Positions 1 through 5,863 of a DNA stretch of 35,328 nucleotides are shown piece by piece. Below the pieces are notes generated by a model. The model made no database searches and was not told where the DNA came from. It saw only the letters and a list, made by a program, of their open reading frames with translations. Both the position numbers and the translations under genes were made by a program. Numbering within the stretch: position 1 is the first letter of the stretch; every line of letters begins with the position of its first letter. Source of the DNA: a virus; the IMG/VR virus record IMGVR_UViG_3300020583_000009; one strand, 5' to 3'.

Positions 1-127
1 CTATTTACTGCTAAACTTAAATCAACAAGACAAGGAAAGTTATCATGCCAAAATTTAGTCAAAGTTCATTCTCGAAACTAAGTACCTGTCATCCCGACTT
101 ACAAGCCTTGTTCTACGAGGTGATCAA
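1..127. repeat. Terminal direct repeat copy 1 (identical to 35202..35328); circular-closure overlap
   Basis: Read base by base. ctatttactgctaaactt...ctacgaggtgatcaa is present at both window ends, 127/127 identical. Confidence 0.95.
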
Positions 128-458
128 GTTTTTCGACTGCACCATTTTGGAAGGGTACAGAAACGAAGCAGACCAAGAAGCAGCCTTTGCAAAAGGCAAT
201 AGTAAACTTCATTACCCACATGGCAAACATAATGCCAATCCTTCAATGGCCGTAGATGTAACGCCTTATCCTATCGACTTTAATAATGAAAAATTGGCTA
301 TCTGGTTCGGTGGTTACGTGCTAGGTATTGCCCAGAAACTTAAGGATGAGGGTAAAATGTCTCATTCTGTGCGTTGGGGTGGCTCATGGGATGGCCTCGG
401 GAAACTGGATAGACCCGGACAGCTCAATGATGCTGGTCATTTTGAATTGGTGGTGTGA
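45..458 (+). CDS. Endolysin, peptidase M15 (T5-type L-alanyl-D-glutamate peptidase / VanY-like)
   Basis: 137 aa. Zinc-ligand motifs HPHGKHNANPSMAVDVTPY and C-terminal NDAGHFELVV parallel the T5 Lys layout. No signal peptide. First gene after the junction terminator. Confidence 0.85.
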   Translation: MPKFSQSSFSKLSTCHPDLQALFYEVIKFFDCTILEGYRNEADQEAAFAKGNSKLHYPHGKHNANPSMAVDVTPYPIDFNNEKLAIWFGGYVLGIAQKLKDEGKMSHSVRWGGSWDGLGKLDRPGQLNDAGHFELVV

Positions 459-466
459 GGTGAGCT

Positions 467-685
467 ATGGACTGGCTGAAAGAGTTCTTGAAGAACAAAC
501 CACATATTGTATTATCAGTTCCAGCAATATTATGCTTCGTTACGTTTTGCACGAATCTTTACAGCGCATTAACGGATGGCAAAATTGATGCGAACGAATT
601 AAGCACGTTGCTAGGAACGGCTGACGGCTTTGAGACTGTTGTTTTATTTATCGTTATGGTAGCGTTACGCAACAAAAGAAAGTAA
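467..685 (+). CDS. Holin-like small membrane protein
   Basis: 72 aa. Two hydrophobic segments (IVLSVPAILCFVTFCTNLY; FETVVLFIVMVAL) and a basic tail RNKRK. GAGGTGA RBS. Directly follows the endolysin. Confidence 0.55.
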   Translation: MDWLKEFLKNKPHIVLSVPAILCFVTFCTNLYSALTDGKIDANELSTLLGTADGFETVVLFIVMVALRNKRK

Positions 686-707
686 TATACATTTATAGTT
701 TTACATA

Positions 708-723
708 CACTAAAGGATTAGTG
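708..723 (+). promoter_or_regulatory. Dyad CACTAA-AGGA-TTAGTG placing the SD of the terS-like gene in a hairpin loop
   Basis: Perfect 6-bp arms with loop AGGA, 2 nt before ATG 726. Confidence 0.4.
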
Positions 724-725
724 CA

Positions 726-1166
726 ATGACTAGAAATTCAAAGCTTACCGTGCCTGATGAGGTCAAGGACGTTGCTAGAAATAGCAAGTTTACGCCTGAG
801 CGTAGAGCCGCCATCATTCACGACATATCAAGAAGAGTTCCCTATGAACTAGCTGCCGAGGCTAACGGGATTTGTGAGTCTACTTTGTATGATTGGTTGA
901 ACACTGCAAAGGTTCATCAGCTCGAAGGATTGGACACAGAATACACTAAGTTTTCGGAGGCTATAAAAAGAGCCGAGCTTACCAAAGTACAACAACACAT
1001 TGACATAATCGCGGATAGACCCGAGAGGTGGCAAGCTGATGCTTGGCTATTGGAAAGACGATGGCCTAAATACTTCGGCAATAATGTACTGCTTAAAGAG
1101 CTTAACGAGCGTATGAATATGATGACGGGTGCCAAGAAAACTATTGAACAGGAAGATAACGAGTAA
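726..1166 (+). CDS. terS: Terminase small subunit-like HTH protein
   Basis: 146 aa. HTH VPYELAAEANGICESTLYDWL plus a C-terminal AWLLERRWPKYFG motif typical of small terminases. Lies 2.1 kb upstream of terL. Confidence 0.55.
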   Translation: MTRNSKLTVPDEVKDVARNSKFTPERRAAIIHDISRRVPYELAAEANGICESTLYDWLNTAKVHQLEGLDTEYTKFSEAIKRAELTKVQQHIDIIADRPERWQADAWLLERRWPKYFGNNVLLKELNERMNMMTGAKKTIEQEDNE

Positions 1167-1349
1167 ATGAGCTTTTTACCTTGTCCTTTTTGTGGTAGTG
1201 ATGACATCAAGACACAGACGCAGAGGTTTAATAGTCTTACAACGTGGTATCTTGTTAAGTGCAAGAACTGTACTTGCAAGGTACACCACATTAACCCGGA
1301 ACAAGCAAAGGATGCTTGGAATAGAAGGAGTTCTAACGATGGGCGCTAA
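1167..1349 (+). CDS. Lar-family restriction-alleviation-like zinc-ribbon protein
   Basis: 60 aa. CPFCG ... VKCKNCTC ... AKDAWNRR matches the Lar-family signature from memory. Confidence 0.65.
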   Translation: MSFLPCPFCGSDDIKTQTQRFNSLTTWYLVKCKNCTCKVHHINPEQAKDAWNRRSSNDGR

Positions 1350-1512
1350 ATACACATCACCTAAACCAGATGGCTATCAAGCTACTCGCAACAACATTTA
1401 CCTTGAGCGTGAACAGAAACAAGAGGTGCGCACTTATGCAGAGGCCGGAGCATGTCGCAATCTACCAGCTCAAAGCAAAGCGAACTACGGTAAGAAAGGT
1501 TACATGAAATAA
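1339..1512 (+). CDS. Hypothetical protein (57 aa)
   Basis: ATG 1339 is preceded by AAGGAG (1325-1330). The longer ORF-track start 1192 would lie inside the lar-like gene. Confidence 0.5.
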   Translation: MGAKYTSPKPDGYQATRNNIYLEREQKQEVRTYAEAGACRNLPAQSKANYGKKGYMK

Positions 1513-1526
1513 ATGTACATAAATAC

Positions 1527-1555
1527 TTGTTTAATTAAATAAGTAAATATATAAT
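1527..1555 (+). promoter_or_regulatory. Sigma70-type promoter candidate TTGTTT-N17-TATAAT
   Basis: -35 at 1527-1532, -10 at 1550-1555, 17-nt AT-rich spacer. Sits in an 85-bp intergenic gap. Confidence 0.45.
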
Positions 1556-1556
1556 G

Positions 1557-1590
1557 CTCCTCATTGAATGTTAATGGTTGTGATGAGGAG
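1557..1590 (+). promoter_or_regulatory. Hairpin CTCCTCAT/ATGAGGAG sequestering the GAGGAG SD of the 1598 gene
   Basis: 8-bp perfect arms (1557-1564, 1583-1590). The 3' arm is the RBS of ATG 1598. Confidence 0.4.
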
Positions 1591-1597
1591 TTGTTAA

Positions 1598-1804
1598 ATG
1601 TTGTATAACCACGTAAGCGATAAAGAGTACAAAGGTTTTGACCTGACAATCTACGAGATGGCAGATAGCACCTACATCGTAGACGTTAAGAAGCCATGCG
1701 GTGAACTGATAGCTGGCTGGGAAGATGTTAAATCTTTTAACTGTGCAATGATGAAAGGTGTGGATTATATTGATGAGATGGTAGCGCGTGGGGTGAGAGC
1801 ATGA
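1598..1804 (+). CDS. Hypothetical protein (68 aa)
   Basis: ORF with GAGGAG RBS. ATGA overlap with the next ORF. Confidence 0.6.
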   Translation: MLYNHVSDKEYKGFDLTIYEMADSTYIVDVKKPCGELIAGWEDVKSFNCAMMKGVDYIDEMVARGVRA

Positions 1805-1977
1805 GATACCCCATTATTGCGAGCAAGACATACAAGCGCACCCGATACGAGATACTGTTTGACGGTGTGAAATATTGGGTTGTTAAGTGTAACCCAAAAG
1901 GTATCGTCCGATTTCTTGAAGGATTTGAAGAGATTGCCGATGCAAGATTGGGATTTGAAAGAGTGACGGGTGCATGA
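1801..1977 (+). CDS. Hypothetical protein (58 aa)
   Basis: ATG 1801 overlaps the upstream stop (ATGA) after GGGGTGAG. Translation MRYPIIASKTYKRTRYEILFDGVKYWVVKCNPKG... Below the ORF-track cutoff. Confidence 0.5.
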   Translation: MRYPIIASKTYKRTRYEILFDGVKYWVVKCNPKGIVRFLEGFEEIADARLGFERVTGA

Positions 1978-2176
1978 TGCGCCTTTAATACAGGGAGCGT
2001 TACACGTGATTACATTGGAAGTATTGCAAAAGCGTAGAGATGATTTAGCTTCAACCTTAGCCACGAGTTCGGTTGATCATGACCTACTCAAGGATAGATT
2101 GAAGGTAATCAAAAAGGAGATTGCGAACATCAATGGCGCAATCATTGAAATCGATCACATGATCGAATCGTTATAA
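1970..2176 (+). CDS. Hypothetical coiled-coil protein (68 aa, GTG start uncertain)
   Basis: ORF fills the gap. Heptad-like LKDRLKVIKKEIANINGAIIEIDHMIESL. Start codon GTG 1970 or later. Confidence 0.45.
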   Translation: MHDAPLIQGALHVITLEVLQKRRDDLASTLATSSVDHDLLKDRLKVIKKEIANINGAIIEIDHMIESL

Positions 2177-2188
2177 GGACATAACACC

Positions 2189-2359
2189 ATGAGTTTACTT
2201 AGTTCTATTATCCTTCCTAAGCTCGAAGCTGAATTGCTAGCCCAAGAGCCAGCTATTGCCGAGTTCCTAGTCAAACAAGTACATACCTTAGCCACCGAAG
2301 TAATCGCATGGGCACAAGCCAAGGTTCCAGCTTTAGCAGGTGATGCAAATGCCAGCTAA
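2189..2359 (+). CDS. Hypothetical protein (56 aa)
   Basis: ATG 2189 with AAGGA 9 nt upstream. Translation MSLLSSIILPKLEAELLAQEPAIAEFLVKQV... Below the track cutoff. Confidence 0.45.
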   Translation: MSLLSSIILPKLEAELLAQEPAIAEFLVKQVHTLATEVIAWAQAKVPALAGDANAS

Positions 2360-2447
2360 AAAACCTATGAAGAAAGAAGCCCCTAAAAAGGACATGAAGA
2401 AGAAAGACGGCAAAGACATGAAGAAATCAAAGAAGGATTGCATGTAA
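2349..2447 (+). CDS. Lys-rich micro-ORF (32 aa)
   Basis: MPAKKPMKKEAPKKDMKKKDGKDMKKSKKDCM. AGGTGA RBS. Its stop overlaps the next ATG (TAATG). Confidence 0.3.
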   Translation: MPAKKPMKKEAPKKDMKKKDGKDMKKSKKDCM

Positions 2448-2629
2448 TGACGGACGAACAGTGCCAAGCACTTATCGACTCATTGGACAGGCTTACTGAT
2501 GCTGTCCATTCCTCATCTTCTAAGATTGAAAATGCTATTGATAATATTTATACAACATCTACCACACAGATAGAACGGGAAATACATCTAGTGGCTGAAC
2601 TGATAGAAGATATAGCAATTAAATTATAA
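2447..2629 (+). CDS. Hypothetical protein (60 aa)
   Basis: ATG 2447 is in frame with track ORF 2438..2629, whose own start is TTG. Confidence 0.55.
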   Translation: MTDEQCQALIDSLDRLTDAVHSSSSKIENAIDNIYTTSTTQIEREIHLVAELIEDIAIKL

Positions 2630-2638
2630 GGAAATAAC

Positions 2639-2851
2639 ATGGCTAAGTTAGATGCTAAAGAGCGAAGAAAGATACCTAAGGGTGAATTTGGTTTGCCTGG
2701 TGAACGTAAATACCCGATGGAAGACAAAGCCCACGCAAAGAATGCTAAGGCCAGAGCTTCCGAGATGGAAAAGAAAGGGAAGTTGTCCATGTCATCCAAG
2801 GCTAAGATTGATGCTAAGGCTGACAAAGTGCTAGGTAAAAAGAAGAAGTAA
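2639..2851 (+). CDS. Conserved small phage protein (70 aa), function unknown
   Basis: AAGGAA RBS. The motif KIPKGEFGLPGERKYPMEDKAHAKNAKARAS resembles a widespread small phage/bacterial family. Confidence 0.6.
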   Translation: MAKLDAKERRKIPKGEFGLPGERKYPMEDKAHAKNAKARASEMEKKGKLSMSSKAKIDAKADKVLGKKKK

Positions 2852-2863
2852 TGGAGCACTTAA

Positions 2864-2877
2864 CACATAGGGATGTG
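2864..2877 (+). promoter_or_regulatory. CACA-TAGGGA-TGTG dyad around the SD of the 2882 gene
   Basis: Same architecture as the 13742 and 17366 motifs. Followed by ATAC-ATGGC. Confidence 0.4.
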
Positions 2878-2881
2878 ATAC

Positions 2882-3067
2882 ATGGCTACTATCCGCAATA
2901 CGTGGGTCGAGAAGATAAAGAAGAAAAAAGAGCATGAGACGGCACCATCTTATGAACGTGATCCTTTGGCTGATACCTATGCGCATGATGCGAAGAAGCC
3001 AAAAAAACGATTCTCTGTACCTGCTACCTCAATCCTAGTTCGTACACTTCGAGGGATAAGGAAATAG
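2882..3067 (+). CDS. Hypothetical basic protein (61 aa)
   Basis: ORF with the SD in the dyad above. Lys-rich. Confidence 0.55.
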   Translation: MATIRNTWVEKIKKKKEHETAPSYERDPLADTYAHDAKKPKKRFSVPATSILVRTLRGIRK

Positions 3068-3253
3068 ATGCAATGTCACAGTTGTAGCTATCCTGATTCT
3101 CGCGTGGTGGAAACGAAACGGGATGATAGGCTAAATAAAATCGTTAGACGCCGAGAGTGTATCAAATGCGGCGTTCGATTCACCACGCAAGAAAACATTC
3201 GAGAGAATCCAAACTATAAGACTCCTGCACCTAGAAGGATATTAGAGAAATGA
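3068..3253 (+). CDS. NrdR-like zinc-ribbon protein lacking the ATP-cone
   Basis: 61 aa. MQCHSCSYPDSRVVETKRDDRLNKIVRRRECIKCGVRFTTQE aligns by eye with the NrdR N-terminus (MHCPFC..DTKVIDSR....VRRRRQC..C..RFTTFE). ATGA overlap with terL. Confidence 0.7.
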   Translation: MQCHSCSYPDSRVVETKRDDRLNKIVRRRECIKCGVRFTTQENIRENPNYKTPAPRRILEK

Positions 3254-4809
3254 TTCGATCTGCTGCTGAACTATTAAAAACATTCAACGAGTATGAGGCC
3301 GGGATTAACAAAGGTACTCAGAAACAACTCACGATTCTACCCGATAGGATGATTATTCATGCGCATGAGCAAGATAAAATTTATGTTCCAACTGCCACAG
3401 GTGCTATTTTTCATGACAGCGATCAATTTGTCCGCGTCATTATGGGGCCTTATGGAAGTGGCAAATCTACGCTATCAATTGCAGAAATCGTTAAGCGAGC
3501 CTGTGAAGTGCCTGTATGGAATAACGGTAGAAGACGAAGCAGGTGGGGAATTGTGCGAAACACTTCTGGCGAGCTTGCAACCACAACCCTAGCTACTTGG
3601 CTCGCATGGTTTGATGAACTCGGAGATATCCGCAAACGCCAAAAGCCCATGCTTACCTACGAACACACCTTTAACGATGGAAAAGGAATTGTTGAGCTTG
3701 AATTACTTTTTATCGCATTAGACAGACCCGAAGACGTGCGAAAGATTAAGTCTTTGGAGCTAACAGGATGCTATATCAATGAGCTTTCCGAGGTGCCAAA
3801 AGCAGCACTTGCCCACATGAAAGGACGGGTTAACCGTTACCCATCAAAGGCATTCTGCAAAGAACCGTATTGGTCTGGAATTATAGCCGATACTAACCCA
3901 CCGGAAGATGACCATTGGATATTCAAAGACTTTGAAGAGAATTGCGCCGACAATCACATACTCTTTAAACAGCCACCCGGATTGATTAAGAACAAAGATA
4001 ATCAGTGGAGACGAAACCCTGATGCTGATAATGCCGGACATTTGCCCCATCATTACTACGAAAACTTAGCAAGTGGACAGTCTCAAGAGTTCATTAAGGT
4101 ATTTTGTCTCGGGGAATATGGAGCGGTAGGCTTCGATAAGCGCGTTTATCCTGAGTTTAACGCCGATGTACACGCAGTTGATACCTTAGAAGCCATTCAA
4201 GGCGAAAAGCTCATATTGGGCTGGGATTTCGGTTTAACACCTGCTTGTGTGGTATTGCAACTTTCAGCAAGAGGCCAATTACTTATTCTCAAAGAATATG
4301 TGAGTGATGGTTTGGGAATTAGAACCTTTGCCGAAATGGTGGTAATCCCTAACTTACGCAAGGATTTCCCCTATTGCCAAATTGGAATGTCTGTAGCAGA
4401 CCCGGCAGGTAATGCGCGCGATCAGATTCATGAGGAAATGTCTTGTATAGGTGAGCTTAATTCATTACAGATTGCTACTAATGCCGCACGAACCAATGAT
4501 TTAGAGCCAAGACTTGGAGCAGTTAGATACTTCTTGAATCGCATGGTTGATGGAAAACCTGCGTTGTTACTTGATAAAAAGAATTGTCCTACACTCTTCA
4601 AAGGCTTTGTGAAGAAGTATGTTTATGCCCGGGTTGCGGTATCAGGTGAGGAGCGTTACAAGGACAAGCCCACAAAGAATATGTCATCTCACCCAATGGA
4701 CGCCCTAGGTTATGGTTGCTTAGAGATTGCTAGCGACCAAGTAGCGCAAGATAAATTCGGTGGTACGAAGCACGAAAACATGTTTAACCCAGTGATGAGG
4801 ATTTTTTAA
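3250..4809 (+). CDS. terL: Terminase large subunit
   Basis: 519 aa. Walker A GPYGSGKST, Walker B-like LTGCYINELSE. Nuclease Asp motifs GWDFGLTP, VADPAG, HPMDALGY. Confidence 0.93.
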   Translation: MIRSAAELLKTFNEYEAGINKGTQKQLTILPDRMIIHAHEQDKIYVPTATGAIFHDSDQFVRVIMGPYGSGKSTLSIAEIVKRACEVPVWNNGRRRSRWGIVRNTSGELATTTLATWLAWFDELGDIRKRQKPMLTYEHTFNDGKGIVELELLFIALDRPEDVRKIKSLELTGCYINELSEVPKAALAHMKGRVNRYPSKAFCKEPYWSGIIADTNPPEDDHWIFKDFEENCADNHILFKQPPGLIKNKDNQWRRNPDADNAGHLPHHYYENLASGQSQEFIKVFCLGEYGAVGFDKRVYPEFNADVHAVDTLEAIQGEKLILGWDFGLTPACVVLQLSARGQLLILKEYVSDGLGIRTFAEMVVIPNLRKDFPYCQIGMSVADPAGNARDQIHEEMSCIGELNSLQIATNAARTNDLEPRLGAVRYFLNRMVDGKPALLLDKKNCPTLFKGFVKKYVYARVAVSGEERYKDKPTKNMSSHPMDALGYGCLEIASDQVAQDKFGGTKHENMFNPVMRIF

Positions 4810-5091
4810 TTGAAGAAAGAGACTGTCGAAGATGAATTGAAGTTTATGAAGATTGATTTCATGACTATGCAAAAAAACTTACATTCTGAGAATGCGGCAA
4901 TGGCTAGAATCATTGATGACATGAGAGAGCATATAGCTTATTTATATGCCAAAATGGAATTAAAAACACCTGAACGCAAGGTTTGCAAAGAATGTGATGG
5001 TCGTGGAACTTTTTATATCTCACCTATTTCTGATTGTGGGCAGTCTAACAAATGCAAATCATGTCATGGAATGGGGTTTAAATATGTCTAG
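4810..5091 (+). CDS. DnaJ-type CxxCxGxG zinc-finger protein (93 aa)
   Basis: TTG start 8 nt after GAGGA (alternative ATG 4846). Motifs CKECDGRG and CKSCHGMG. Confidence 0.5.
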   Translation: MKKETVEDELKFMKIDFMTMQKNLHSENAAMARIIDDMREHIAYLYAKMELKTPERKVCKECDGRGTFYISPISDCGQSNKCKSCHGMGFKYV

Positions 5092-5239
5092 CAAATGCAA
5101 GTATTGCGGTAGGTTCTATAACCATACAAAAGATGACAAAATGTGTAAGGAATGTAAGAGTCAATACGAAGTTACGTTTCAGAAGTTAAAAAACAACAAG
5201 GCATTACAAGAAGTGATGCTTCGCCTAGCTGATCGATAA
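5084..5239 (+). CDS. Zinc-ribbon protein (51 aa)
   Basis: ATG 5084 overlaps the upstream gene end. Motif CKYCG...CKECK. Confidence 0.5.
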   Translation: MSSKCKYCGRFYNHTKDDKMCKECKSQYEVTFQKLKNNKALQEVMLRLADR

Positions 5240-5250
5240 GGAGATCTAAA

Positions 5251-5511
5251 ATGACAACTCAAGCCGTGGTTACACTTTTATTAAACTTTGCAGGTGAAAA
5301 CAATGAAGTTATTCCAAGAATGGGTCGCTTGTATGCTGCAAACAATACCCTCTCGCAAGTTACTGCTGCTGGGTTCCTAGACAATTACTTAAAAACTTCA
5401 AACAACAGTTTGTTAGCGACTGACTTTGTTTTTTGCGTGGCTTCGGATGGTCACCAAATATACAAGCCAGTGTTCACAAATGGCTCTTGCCAATTAACCG
5501 TTTTACCATAA
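5251..5511 (+). CDS. Hypothetical protein (86 aa)
   Basis: Strong AAGGAG RBS. No recognisable motif. Confidence 0.6.
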   Translation: MTTQAVVTLLLNFAGENNEVIPRMGRLYAANNTLSQVTAAGFLDNYLKTSNNSLLATDFVFCVASDGHQIYKPVFTNGSCQLTVLP

Positions 5512-5531
5512 ACCAAAGAGGAGAAATAAGG

Positions 5532-5780
5532 ATGTTATTTTTAGAAGCTTTAGCGCAACTGAAAGCAGGTGATGCCATGAGACGTACTGCATGGGCTGAT
5601 ACAGAGGGATATTTGAAAGTCCTTCCTGATATGGACTATGTTTGGAAAATCGTAACTCGTCCTAATCCTAATGCTGGAAACTTCATATTCTCAATTGCAG
5701 ATTTTGAAGGTGATGATTGGGTTAAGTATGAAGAGCCAGTTGTGCCAGTAGAAGCAGAAGTGCAGCAAGAAGCAGCATAA
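5532..5780 (+). CDS. DUF2829-like protein (Tad2 family fold candidate), late-region copy
   Basis: 82 aa from ATG 5532. FLEALAQLKAGDAMRRTAW ... IADFEGDDWVKY matches the DUF2829 signature from memory. Confidence 0.65.
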   Translation: MLFLEALAQLKAGDAMRRTAWADTEGYLKVLPDMDYVWKIVTRPNPNAGNFIFSIADFEGDDWVKYEEPVVPVEAEVQQEAA

Positions 5781-5823
5781 CTGCAAAGTCGTTTCAGGAA
5801 GAGACGATTTAAAGCGTTTAAAA

Positions 5824-5855
5824 CGTGACTTTGACATAGATTTGTTGAAGTCACG
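5824..5855 (+). promoter_or_regulatory. Hairpin CGTGACTT/AAGTCACG just upstream of the portal gene
   Basis: 8-bp perfect arms, 16-nt loop. Ends 8 nt before ATG 5864. Confidence 0.35.
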
Positions 5856-5863
5856 ATTTAATT

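Noticed and set aside
328-588. 86-aa alternative-frame ORF spanning the endolysin end and the holin start
   Set aside because: It overlaps two better-supported genes and has no RBS. Its sequence is Cys/Trp-rich and atypical.
1192-1338. Upstream extension of the 1192..1512 ORF
   Set aside because: It would lie entirely inside the Lar-like gene in another frame. ATG 1339 with AAGGAG is the sensible start.
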